From: a virus
Taxonomy: Duplodnaviria > Caudoviricetes
Length of the DNA: 64,000 nucleotides
IMG/VR virus record: IMGVR_UViG_3300010365_001248
Span: 64,001-128,000 of that record
Direction: 5' to 3' (one strand)
Part shown: positions 19,601 through 33,800 of the stretch, piece by piece
How positions within the stretch are numbered: position 1 is the first letter of the stretch
Layout: each line of letters opens with the position of its first letter
Position numbers and translations under genes: made by a program
Notes under the pieces: model-generated
Seen by the model: only the letters and a program-made list of their open reading frames with translations
Databases searched by the model: none
Told to the model about the DNA's origin: nothing

Positions 19601-22600
19601 GTAAATTTAGGATCTACTAACCTAGAATCAAAAGCATTACTAACTACTCTTGCTGTAGTATTACCTACTTTACCATTATAAATAGGATTTTCTACTAATA
19701 TTGTATTACCATTTATATCTTTATCTAACCATGGTAATCCTGCTAGTAACATTTCTTTTAATTTTTCATCTCCTGATTCTAATACAGCTTGAAAAGCTCC
19801 TATTAAAGCAAAATAGTGTTTTTCTGCTACAGCACAAAGGGCAATACCGTCTTTACCTTCCATACAAATACGAATACCTAAAGGAATACTCATACTATTT
19901 CCAGTAGTATTATACCAGTCTTTCTGGGCTTGTTTAGATTTATTACCTTTAGCTTTAAATGGACTAACAATATTATCAACTGAAGCAGTAGATTCTGACA
20001 TATGACTAGTATCTATTACTACATTGTATTCATTGTTAGTTTCAAAATTTTTAGCGGCACATTCTTTATTATCTTTAGATAATTTATGATAATACTCGTA
20101 GTGTTTAGAAAGTAATTTTACAATATTTTCATCAACTCCAATATCTGCTTTAACATAAGGCATATCTTCTGTAAATAAATCCAAAATTTTAGCAAGGGTT
20201 TTAATATTTTTACTTGAATTTAAATTAAATCTACGAGTTTCAATATTATAAAAAAGACCATCTACAGTTTCTGTTCTTCCTTCTAGCATTAAATTTTTAA
20301 TATCTTCCCAAGCAATACCTTTTTCATCATTAATAGTAATTTCTTTTATTTCCGGTTTAAAAGGTAATAAAGTAGAAGCTTCATCAAAATCTAAATTATA
20401 ATAAGGAGAATGAGTCTAAAAAATTCCTTGTTTATTTAAGGTAAATGTTTTTAATGAAACTGTATCAATATCCAAGTCAGATCCTTGTAAATAGAATTGA
20501 TAAACACTAACCATAGCATTATTAGTATCAGACTCAATAAAATCAGCTACACGCATACCCATTACTGATTGTAAACATTGTGCAGGAATACGGGCAGCTA
20601 TAATATTTAAAACTTTATCAAAACTTTGGTGTAATAATTTACCTAAATGTTTATAATATCTTTTTAAAGATTCAAGTTCATCAATTAAATAAGGGTCATT
20701 ATTATTATCACGTAAATAATCTAATATAGCAATATTAGATTCATAATCATCTACTAAAAATTGATTAGTACCACTTTTAGTAATAGCATTATTAAATAAT
20801 TGCCAATTTAGTGATTCTTCTGAAATATCAAAATCAACTGAATTTTCAGTATTTAAAGTAGCTACAAAATGTGGAATAGATTCAATATAAAATTGATAAG
20901 GAGAGAAACCATCTATTGCTTTCTTCTTTTGAAGAAATTGCCCTAAATCATTATGATCAGATCCATTTTTTATAGGTATTTTAGTACCATTTTTATCAAT
21001 TATATAAGCAGGATCTGTAACTATTATAATACAATCTAAAATAGAATCATAATAAACCTCATCATTTGGACTAAATAATTTATACTAATCATTATTAATA
21101 TTAGAATAAGCTATTGGATTTCCATCAAGATCAGTATCATTATTATATTTTTTATAACGATCTGTGTCTTGTAAATAAGTTAAATAAGAATTATTCTATC
21201 TAGTTTTAATATAAATCTACTGATTATTTTTTCTTTTTAAACATATATCCCAAGTAGAATAAATTTTTTCCTTACCAGTATTTTCATCAAAAATAGGTAT
21301 ATTTTGTAATCTACAATTAGCATTAGCTAGTAATTTTTTATAAAAATAATTTTGGTCAGCTAATATTTCACCTACAGTATCATCTCCATCTAAACCTAAA
21401 GCACTTTTAAAAGTTTTAGGCATAATTACACCACAAACTTTATTCTTTATAGAATCTTTATTTATACGTACTTGAGTATAAGATTGAGTAGGAACATTAG
21501 AGTCAGAAAAAGAATAATCACTAACTACATATACATCTGTAATCTAATCACTTAAAGTACTAAATTTAGATAAAGCATGTAAATCATCTTGATGTGTTTT
21601 ATAATGAAATCTTTGACAAATATCTATTAAAGTATTTTGTATAGATTCTTTTATATTAGTTTTTTTCTTTTCTAATTTAATTATTAATTCTTCTAATTCA
21701 ACTTTTTCTTCGGCAGTTTTTCTTTTATTTCTTTTTAATTTTTCTATTTGTTGTATTTCTGCCCATGTTAAATTATTAATTAAAGCTTCTATTTGTTTAT
21801 TTATATTGTCTTCTCCATTATTCCAATTATCTAAATCTAATCGTAAAAAATTATAAAGAACTTGTTCTCCTAATTTACGTTCAGATAAATTTTCTATGTC
21901 CTCAGATAATTCTTCTTTATAATTTAATTCTGTTTGACAATAGAATTTAAAATAGTCTTTAAATTTATCATTATAACTATTAATTAAAGGAGTATAAATT
22001 AATAATGTAGTTTCTTTATCTTTTTTCTTACTTAATTGACAATATAACTATAAAGTCATTAGATCAGTTAATTCAAATTTCTTTCCTTCAGTATCTTCAA
22101 AAGAAACATTCTAAAACTCTAAATCTAATCCTTTAGAATATAATTTTTCTACTGTAACTCCTTCAAGTGTACTTAAAGCTTTAATTACTTGTTGACCAAT
22201 AAAATGCTTTTTCTTTTCATATAATTCATAATGAGGTAATCCTACATTTGCCCAGAAAGTTAATTCATTTCCTACTATAGGAGAAATATCTAATAATTTA
22301 TTAACTTCCGTAGCTTCCATGCCCTGATTTTTAAAAATGTTATAAAATTGTTCAATACTATTAGGATCAGTAATAGTAATTTTATAATTTAAACCTATAT
22401 TAACATCTTGAATATCTACAGGTTCAGATAAATTTTCTAGAATATTTTTAATATAACTTTGAGTATTTGTTGCAGGATAATTTTCTACTTTAATTGCTGG
22501 TAATTGATTAGAACGGACTATTTTCCATTGTATTTGATCTGAAGTATTTGCTATTTGTTCAGCATAATTAACTTCTATATTAAAAGTTCCTTTAAAATCC

Positions 22601-25600
22601 GCTAAAAAATTATAAAGGGCAGCTCGTGGGGCTGCTTTATATCTTTCATCTTGACATAATTGATCAAAATACTGTTCAATTAATTCATTATGCTTAACTG
22701 GAATTTTATAATATTTAACAATTTCATCAGTTGGGTTAATTACTGCTAAATTACCAGATACTTTTAATTTAATACCATTTTTAGTTAAAGTAGAACCTAA
22801 AATAGAATATACTTTCTTGAAAATTTGTGTATTATCAAGTGGAATATTTTCTTCTAATTCTTTTAAATTATCTTTAGTTAAATAACCTTTAACTTTAAAA
22901 TCATTAAGAATACCTTTAGCTAAAATTCCTAATAAAGTATTTTCTTCTTGATCAAAATTTTTAGCTAAATAATCACATAAAGAAGTAAATATAGCTATTG
23001 ACATATTTTCAGGAGCTAATACTGTCAAATTTTTATCTCTAAAAGCTTTTGTTGCTAAACGAGATAAAGTACCTAAAGCTCTATAAACTCCTAAAGCCTA
23101 TTTAGGTGTATATCCTTGAGAAATACAAGCACTAGTTACCTGAGTCATATTAGAAAGATGACTATCATCAGCATGATGTCCTTTATCCAACTGAGGTCCT
23201 AAAACATCAGCTGTCTGATAATAAGGATTATAATAAGAAGATTCAATAAAAGAACCATCTGAATTTTGAATATTTTTAAATAAAACATCTGCTGACATCA
23301 AATTAGTATGAGTCATTTTTACAGCTCCTTCAGTTAAAAGCATAAAAATATCAGACATTAAAAGAGGTTGATAGTAATTAGTTTTATACATTTTAGTATT
23401 ATCTACTAAAGTATTATCATTTAATTCTTTATCTAAATTTAAAGAAACTAATTTACTAACTTGAATTTCATATAATTTATCCTATGACCAATTAGAATAT
23501 TGTAATTTGTCATCAATTAATTCACAACTATTCCAACCTCCCAAAGCCATATATAATTCAAAATTATCTGAAATTGTTAATTTTATAGGAGTAGGTTCAT
23601 CTGTTAATAAAGATCCTTTTTCATCACATTCATATTCATCAAATACATATTTTTTATTTATAGAATCATATTCTTTATATATTCTAGCATAATATTTATT
23701 ATTTACTTTATAGTAAAACGGTGTTGCTAAAGATATTAAAAAAGAACCATCAATATCTGATTCAAATAATGTATCGCCGGGATCATAAAAAGTTTCATCT
23801 TGATTTCTCCAACGATGTTTTAACATATTAAAAAGCATTCGTTGATACATTTCATCTTTACGAACTTTTTCATTAGTTAAAGTAAAGTTAGCAGTTTTAT
23901 TATTACTTCCAATACCTAATCGAGTATCGTATAAAGCAGCAAAAAGTTTCATAGTATCTATACTAACTTTAGCTGCTCCTAAACTTTCATTAATTGCTTT
24001 AGCACAAGTATAAGTAATTAGTGTACAACCATCCATTCCTTTCATTACTCCTTCAGCTCCATTAGCTGAAAAACCTAAAGAAGAAATATCTTCTACACAA
24101 GCGACTTTAAATTTATTAGGTATACCTTTAATAATACTAGTATCTAATCGTTTTTCTTGAGCAGTATTATTATTATTTCTTTTCTATTGAGTTCTATCCA
24201 GAAAACCTAATAGAATTTCATGATAAGCAATTTTACCTAAATCCGTTAACTTATTATTTTCAACTAGCCATGGATTCTTTTCTTTAAATTTTTCTTCAGA
24301 AGGGGCACCTGTAGGTTTATGAGCTAAATTAGATCCTACTTGAGAAATAATATATTCTTGAGAAATTAAAGTATTAAAAGCATTAAATTTAGCTAATAAA
24401 GGATTTAATTGAAATTCTATATCCTCAGAAGAATATAATGCTAATGGATTTTCTAATAATTCTTTTCTATTAGGATATTTTATAGGATCCATCTAATATA
24501 TAGCATTTTCTAAATCACTATATTGAGTAAGAATTTTAGAACAATATTCTCCATTTTTATTCCAAAAACTCATTTTAGCAATAGGAGTTAAATAAGGATT
24601 TTTATGATTACTATTACATAAAAAGGCTAAATTATATGATTTAATTTGTATACCATCAATTAAAGGATTATTTGAATTTTTTTCTTCTTTTTTTACTTCA
24701 TAATTTTCTAGTTTAATATTTTTCTTTTTTATATAATAAACCTTCTCTTGCTTGTCATCTTTATTAGGATAAAAAGAAGAATTAATATTAGTTACTTCCC
24801 AATAATCTTCTTTTTTAGCTCCTTTAGGTAATTTTTCAATTAAATCATAATTATATTTATCATTACCTAGTAAATTTTCTAAAGTTTTTAATAAATAACC
24901 TTTTTCTGAAGTTTCTTTAAAAGGAATTCTAATTCCTTCTGTAAGTAATCTATGGGCAAATAAACGATCATTTATTTCAGCATGTTTATTATAAATATCA
25001 TATTTAGAAAATTTATTTATTTCAGTTTGAACTAATGTTTGCTATTGAGCTTTAATATTCTAAAAAACATCATTTACTTCAATAATAGGAGTTGTTCTTT
25101 TAGGATTAGTATTATAATCCTCTATTAATTTTTTATTAGTAGAATAAAAATTCCAAATATCCTATAATTTAGGCTTATTTATAACAGGAAGATTTAATAA
25201 ATTACAATCGGTTTTATATTTATTTATTAAATTTTTTTGTAAAATAGTATAAAACCTTTTTAAATCATTAAAATACTAAGTTTTAATTTGTTCTGATGAA
25301 GCTTCTAATATATTTTGTCCACTAAAAAGTTTTGCAGCAGTATTTAAAAATAATTGATAAAATGCTGTTTTATCAGCATTTACTACACAAGGTCCTCCTA
25401 TTCTTTTTCCATTAGTAGTAGAATAATTATTAGAATCAAAAGTGCTAAAACCTCCTATAAATTCAGTATAAAAAGTTCCTAAAAACATATCAGGTAATGA
25501 AACTTGTTTCCATTCTTCATAAGGATTAAATCCTAACTATGCCCCTCTAATAGTTTTAATAGAAAAATTAGCATCAGGATTTAAAATAGTAAACTTAGAA

Positions 25601-27846
25601 GTAGGTACTTCTTCAGGATTTATTTGTCCTTCAGCTTGATAAATCATTGGAGTAGAAGCTAAATTTCCTAAATTAGTAGAACTAATTTGTGCACCATTAG
25701 CATCTTTATATACATTTAATTTTTCAGTTCCTTTAATAGCAGTAACTAAAGTAGCTATATTATATAATTCTGATAATCTATTAGTTGTAATAGAAGATTT
25801 ATAGGATTGTCTAAAGCTTTGTGAAAAATTTAATTTTGAAAAAGTTATTTTATCTCTAAAATGAACTTGAGCACTTAAAATATCAAAGCATATTTTATTT
25901 AAATCATAAATATTACTTATACTAGATTCAAAAGCATCTCTATATAAAGAATTATTATAATGAATTCCAGTTAATAAATCAACTAATTTACCAAAAGGTT
26001 CAGTAATATATTTCATTTGATTTAAAGAATAATTTTCATTATTAAAATTTTTTAATTTATCATTATGAATATTAAATAAAACAAATCCTTTATTATTTGT
26101 TATTTGAAAATAAAAGTCTTCACCTTCAATAGAAGATGTATCGTTTATATCATAATCTTTATATTTTTTAGCATCTTTTATTTTTAAAGAAATGTTTATT
26201 CCATATTTTTGATTTACAGCATCACACCATTCTTTAAAAGATTCAGCATTAGGATCCTAGTTACTTTGATTTCTTTCATTAATTTGTGTTTCTAAATTAC
26301 GTCTATCAGCATAAATATAACTAGCTTTAGATTCTCTTTGCATTAAAGCTCCTTCTTCTGTTTTTAATTCTACTGGTTCAATAGTTCCTGTAGACAAAAT
26401 ATTTTGTATTATAGCTGATAAATAATTTTGTGAAAAACTATTTTCTGATTTCCAAGTTGAACTCTACATAGAATGTTCAGCACCAAATAAATTTTTATAA
26501 ACTGAATATATCAAATTAAATTTATTTTTACTTATATTATGAGTTAATTCAGTAAATCTATCTTGTTGTGCTAAGTTTAATAAATTATTATAAGTAAATT
26601 TTCCCGATTGCTGATCATATAATAAAGTCTGTAAATAATACTTTAAATAAAAATGTGGATTTTTATTCATAGCATTAAATAAATAAGATCGACTTACTAA
26701 AATAGAATCATAATAAACCTCATCATTTGGATTTCCATCAAGATCAGTATCATTATTATATTTTTTATAACGATTTCTTTTAAGATCATCTAATAATATC
26801 TAGTCTTGTCGAGATTTATTTTCAGGTAAACCTTTTAAATGATTTATTACAGTATCAGTAAGTTTAAAATCAATATTTTTTAATAATGACATATAATTAA
26901 TAGCTTCTGCCCAAGAAGATGTGGTAAAAGTTATATTAGTTGGAGTATCTCCATTATATATCATAAAGTTTTCCAAAAATAATTTTATTAATTTTTCAGT
27001 ATTCTATTCTAAGTCAATAAATTTACTATCATCATAATCTTTTCGTAATTTTATTTCTGTAGAATAAGAATATTTTGAAATATCCTCATTATCAAAATTA
27101 TTTTTAAATTTAGAATCAATTTTAATAAATTCTTTAAAATCTTTTTCTATAAAATTATCTAAGTAGGTTAAAGTAAATCTATTAGTAAATTCAGTAAAAA
27201 AATTTGAATTATTTTCTGCTTCTTTTGTATTTATAAATTTAGATTCAAATTGAGTTGCTAAGGACTAATCTTGAATTAATTTTATAAATATATTTTCATC
27301 TAAAGCTTTTGAAGATAATTCTTGATAATATTGAAAAATATTTTTTTGAAGTTCTTCAGTACTAGTAATAAAATGATCATTTTCTTTATCCCAAATTAAT
27401 TTTTGAAATAAAGTATCTTTTACTTTTTTGATATATTCACTAGCTACTAAACCTTGTCCTATAGTATCATAGATAAAAGAAGAAGAGGAAAGGTTTTCCT
27501 CCTCTTCTACAATAGTTATTTTTTCTGGATTATTTATAATTTGATCAAGTTCTTTAAAAAAAGTATTAAATTTTGCTGGAAATTCTTGCATCTAATCTTG
27601 TAAAGCATTTTTTAATTTTTCAATAAAAAGAGTATTTTCCTAGTTTAATGTATAATTATAATGTTGATTTTTACAAAACTTTAAAAATTCTTTATAAAAA
27701 ATCTAAGAAAAATTATTAAGTTTATTTGTTAAGTATTTTGAATATTTATCATTAGCATAATAATCAAAAAATAAATTACAAAAAGATTGAAAATCCTTTA
27801 AAAATTGTGGATTTTCAAATAGACTTGAACATTTTTGTGTTGCCAT
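16645..27846 (-). CDS. crAss-type virion-packaged DNA-dependent RNA polymerase (3733 aa, TAG=Gln)
   Basis: Eleven track fragments lie in one frame from ATG 27846 (MATQKCSS) to TAA 16645. IAARIPAQ...LQGSDLDIDT carries the catalytic DxDxD at 20464-20478. Confidence 0.88.
21036..26774. repeat. Dispersed intragenic repeat: 26697-26774 equals 21036-21161 minus an internal 48 bp
   Basis: 35-bp (21036-21070 = 26697-26731) and 48-bp (21114-21161 = 26727-26774) exact matches, overlapping on ttgga. Confidence 0.9.
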
Positions 27847-27849
27847 ATG

Positions 27850-30800
27850 TTATTTTATTATTATATTACAGCTTTTTTGCCATCCTTCTAATATATCTGA
27901 CGTCTTTGCTATTTCTTGTAAATCCTAATCTGTATAAGGAATTTTTCCTTCTTCATCTTTATAAATTTCAGAATTTATAGAGAAAGAATTTTCTTTTATT
28001 AAATACCTATCGAATATAAAATTTTCTAAACCACTTTTTACAATATCATTGTAAGTAGTATTTTCATCTACTATATAAAAATAATTAAATGTACCAACCT
28101 AAAGACCTGGAACTTCATAGATGGTTCCTATTTCTAACGTTTCGGACTGAAATTTATTTACTTCTATTTTTTGTATGTTTCCTGAAAAATTTTTTGGTTT
28201 AGATTTTAATTGAATACGTAAATTTTTTCCTACTGGAGCAGGATTTATTAATTGTTTATATAATTTAACTTTCTCATAACTTGAGCATCGTCGTATATGT
28301 TCTAGAGTATATTCTATATTATAAGTATTACTGCCTGATTTATAACTTGTAATCTAACCTTCTTTATTTACTTCTACATTTGTTGCAGAATTAAGAATTT
28401 GTTCTACATAATATTGTCCATTAAATTTATATAAAATTAATGAATTTTCTGCTAATGTTTTTAAATAATCCACAATAAATTCATTATTATTTTTATTTTC
28501 AGATAAATTATAAAATAATTCATACATTTCGTCGGTTATTTCCTATAAAGGGTCAAGTTTTATACAGTTAGATTTAAAAAATTCTTTACCTTTTGCTATT
28601 TTTTCTTCTTTTGTTAAAGATTTATTACCATCCTCTGAAGGAGAAGATTCTTCCTAATCAGAAATTTGTTCTATTTTTAATTTAGCAGGATTCCAAAGTT
28701 TATTTAATAAATCTTTCAATGCACTAGAATTAAAAGTAGGTCTTTGTAAATGTCCTCTAATTATATATTGATCCCAAGGCATTAAAGATTCTAATACATC
28801 AGAATCATTAGTATGTACTATTTCAGCTTGAGGGATAATATCAGGTAAATCTTCATTTTCTAAAGCATTTTGAATTTTAATTAAAGTCTATTCTATAGCT
28901 GCATTTAATTCAGCTTTTTCTTGTGGTGATAAACCTGTTTCTATTGGAGTTAATAAATTTAATAAAGTTTTATTAAAAATAGTATAAAAACGAGAAGTAC
29001 CTGAATTAATAGCAGTAAAATAATTCTATGAACCTATCTAATTAGTTAAAAAAGAAATAACTTCTGTCCCATATTTATTTGAAGTTAAACCTTGTCTTCT
29101 AGGTTCAATATTATTCTTTTTAACTAGTTTCTAAAACCTTAAAAATTGTTTTATTGCTTCATCAAGATTTATATCTGTTGCCTTAGAATTTTCTAAATGT
29201 CTTTTTAAATTTTTAATTAAAGGATGATTTTCATCATAATTAATAATATTTTTAAATATATAATCTGTTATATACCATGATGTAGCATTATTTCCCCAAT
29301 GTTGTTCAATATCTTCTGGATGTTTCTATTTTTCTTCTAAATAAGCTAAATAATCCTTAATATTATTATTAGGTTGTTCCGTTAATCCATACCATAATAC
29401 TGAATTAGGAGACGATTTTAAACCATTTATAGTTAAATTATTTTTACTTAATTCATCAAAACTATATAGTATAAAAGAAGTTCCTTGAGGTATAATAGTT
29501 TCACCATTATCATCGGTAATATCATATTTAGCAATATAAACTTTATCTCCTATATAAATTCCATCTTCTTTTGTAGCAACTTCTTTATAATCTTTTAAAG
29601 AACGCTCTACAGGATTCCACTAAGTATTCTAAATAGATTGAATATATTCTGCATTTCTAAAACCAGCAGCTATATTTAAATTTAAATCAAAAGCTTGATT
29701 CTATTCATAAGGAATTGATTTTAAATTATAATAGTAAGTTTTATGAGAAAATATTTGACATAGTACTGTAAACTAAGTTAAAAAGTCTTTAACTAAAGGA
29801 TCTAAATTTTCTTCTATTTTACTTTGTAAAAAAGGATAAAATGTTGGATCTTTACCACTAAATATATCATATATTTCTCTAGCTTTTTCTTGACTAGGAG
29901 GAAGGTCAGGATTTAATTTAGGATATTTAGCAATAATATCTTGAACATACTATTTATTTTTATATGTTTTAAGTAAAGTTAATGGATTAATTAAAGCTCC
30001 TAAATTAATTTCTAATAGCATTTTTTGTTTATTTTTATTTGTTTTTTCTTTACTAAATAAACGAAATACTACATGGGTTCCAGGAGCTTCAAAATTATCC
30101 GTACCTTTCTATAAAGTTACTTTATCTTCCCTAAACCATACACTATTTTTAAATTCTTCTTTATTAGTTCTAAATTCAGGATGAGTTAAACCTATACTTA
30201 AAGAATGAATTTCAGGAAAATTATTGCCTCCAATTATAGTCTATAATCTAGAAACATCAATAGGAATATTTTGTAATAAACAATAATATAAATAATTTTG
30301 TACGTTTTGTAAAACTTTTTCTGCCTCTTCTTTATTAGTTTTAAAAGCAGGATTTAATTTAATTAATCCATAATAATTGTCTATTCTTTGTGAATTTGAA
30401 TTAAATTCATCAGGATAAGGAAAATTAGTATTAAATCCATAAAATTGTAATACAGATCCAGGAGCTTTAGAATCAGGAACTGTTTCATCATTATTAGTAA
30501 AAGAAGAAGGTTCATTTTCAGAAGGTTCTTCAGCTGGTATATGGGTAGCTAAAAAATCATTAAATGAATATTCTGTTTCATCTACTTTTACTTTAATCTA
30601 ATATTGTCCATTAATAGGTTGAATAGAAAAATTATCTGCACTTGTAGTAACAGTATTATTATTTAAATCTTTCCATTCTTGATCAATTTTAAAAGAATTT
30701 AAAAACTCTTCAACTTCTTCTTTAGAAGTAAATCCTTCTGGATTTTTTTCTGGAGGAGTTTGAGTTGTTCCTTTTAAAGATTCATCTTTATATATTGGCT

Positions 30801-33800
30801 AAAAATGTTCTTTACCTAATTCAGTTTTATTTTCTAAATCAGAATATTGATCTATACGTGCCTAATTAGTTTTTTGAATAAATGCTTCTGATAATGAAGG
30901 GAATTTTTTATAAGAATCCATTTTAAAAGAATTAATATTACGCCAGCTTAATAAAGCTGCTTTTTTAGCTCTACTAAAAGAAGTATATAATTCTTTTTTA
31001 TCTTCGTAATATTCAGTTAAATCTATAACATAATCAGCTTCATTGCCCTAACTTTCATTTAAAGTTTTAATAGAAATATTTTTATTTCCTGCTGTTAAAT
31101 TTTTAATTTTGTCAAATTCAGTTTTATCAGCAATAATCATTATAGATTCTTCAGCATTTCTTATTTTTAATAATTTATTTAATTCTGTTTCAAAATTTCT
31201 GGGCTAAAAATATTTTATTCCTGCTATTTCAGTATCAGATTCATAATAATTAAATCCATTAAAAGTTTTTATATCATTTATATCATTAATTTTTTGAAAT
31301 TCATTTAAAGCATTTTCCATTAAATTATTCTCTGCACGAACTACTATAGAAATTTTTTCAGTAGAATAAAATTGTTTAGCTTTAGAAGTACATTTAAATT
31401 CTGGAGTTTCACATATAGTATTTATCTAATCAAAATCTCCTAAACCTATTATAATAAAACCATTTGCTAAAGCTGCTCTTTCTAATAATCGTAAATCAAT
31501 TTCAGTATATTTACTAATTTCATCTATAAATATAATTTTAGGACAGTTAGTAATTATGTTAGGTTTAATAATTTCTTTTAAATTTAAATTTTTGTCTGTT
31601 ATGTCAAATAATTTATTTGTCTATTCTTCAGTTAAAATACCTTCAGTTGGATAAGAGTCATAATCATTATAAAATAATTTTAATAAATCATTTTTTTCAT
31701 AGGGTTTTACATTTTGACCTATTTTTTCAGTAACCTATTTAGCATTTTCTTCAGTAATATGTGCAAAATATGAAGAAGAAATTAAAATAGGATTACTTTT
31801 TTTCATTAAATCAATAATTTGTTTTACACAAGCCATAGTTTTGCCAACTCCTGGAAAACCTTGCATAAGAACAATATTTTTATAACCAAAAAAAAGTTTA
31901 TAATCTTTTAATTCTGTAGCATCAGGATTATTTATATTAATTTTTTCTATGCAAACTTCATTAATTAAATCACAAGCCTCATTAATAAATTTTGAATTAA
32001 TGATTGTAGATAAAGCAGTATGAATATTTATTTCTTGTTCATACAAAGCTGCTAATTCTTGATTTGTTTTTAAATATTCTCTATAGGCATTATAAAATAA
32101 AGAAGATTCAAAAGATCCTATTCTTAATAAATAACTTAAAAATTTATTCCAAGATTTATCTTTATTTATAATTTCTAGTTGAGTATCCTCAACCTTTAAA
32201 GAATCTGGAACACATTTTGCTATTAAGGCTTTAAAAGATTCTTTTTTAAATGTTTTTAAATTTTTATCAAAATATAAATCACTATTTAAAGTATCATAAA
32301 TGTGTTTTTCTAAAGTAATTTTTTCTTTAATAATAGTTTTTAAAATATCTAAAGGAACATTATATATTCTATCATCACCTGCTTTTTTAATTTTTTCTAC
32401 TAAATCAAAAATTGTTGGGCATATAGTTTTTAATTTTTCTTTATCTCCTAAAGCAGTATCTCCTAAAGTATCATACATAAAAGAGAATGTTCCTGTAATA
32501 TCTTTAACCTATTTAGCTGTTTCTTTTTTAAATTTAGCTGAAGAATTTAAATCATCTATAGCTATATAATTTTCAATAAATTTAGTAAAAGAATTTAAAT
32601 CTTGTATTAAAATATCAACCTAATCTTTATTAATTTCAACTAAAGGTTCTTTACCTAAATTTAAAGCTTTATTAATATTATTTAATAAAGGAGTATAACC
32701 TTTAATATTAGTGATATCAGCATTATCCTTACGCATAGCATATAATAATGTTTGTAATAACATAATATCACCATTTAAAGATTTTAAAGTTTCTATTTCT
32801 TCTTTAGATAATCTTAATTTATCAAAATTTAATTCATAATTATAAGTTAAATAATCATGAATTTCAGAAAGAACTTTAAAAATATTTGTAAATTTATCCT
32901 AATTAGAATTTGCTTTATCAATAAAATTTTCTAATAATTGAAAAGAAATTTCTTTTCTTTTTGATTTTAAATTATTTAAAGTTTTTTTTACTGCCTTCTA
33001 GTCTTCCTCATTATTTGGTTTTAATTGATTTAATACCTATTCAGCATAAGCATAATAAGTAGGATTATAGGAAGTAAAATTATTTATATCATTTAATATA
33101 GTTTTTAAAACTTTAGTTTTTTCTTCTTCATAAGAAACTCCTGTAATTGCTTTAACTTTTTGATCAGGAGTAACTTTATTATTAATATCACTAAGAAAAG
33201 AATGAATATCAGATAATATATTAATTTTTTGATCATCTGGAAGAGTATTATTTTCGTCTGCTAGATCCCATTCTATTAGTTCTTCTTCAGAAGACTTGAT
33301 TAATTTTTCTAAATCTGGTATGTTTTTTAAATCAGAACCATCCTACTAAATAATATAATAATTATTACTATTATAATTAACTGATATTATCTCCTTATCT
33401 TTATCATAATTAAATTTAATTTTAGGGAGATTTTCATTTCTTTCAAAAGAATTTAATAAATTAATTGCATATTCAGGATTATAAGGATAATTAGCTCTGA
33501 TAGAACTAATACCTTCTTTTTCTTGAAGAACTAATTGATTTTTTAACTATTTTAAATTAGAAAATATAGTATTTAAAGTTTCATTAACTCCATTAGAATA
33601 TTTTTCTAATTCATCTATATTAAATTCATTATTTAATTTAGATAAAGTATTTAATAAAGATTCAAATTGAGTTTCATTTCCTTGTTGAACAGGTTTATTT
33701 AAAGCTTCTTGAATATTTTTTTGATTATCTTTTAAAATCTTTTTAAATATATCAGAACAAGCTAATATAAATTCAGGATTTTCTTCATCTTGAAAAGCTT

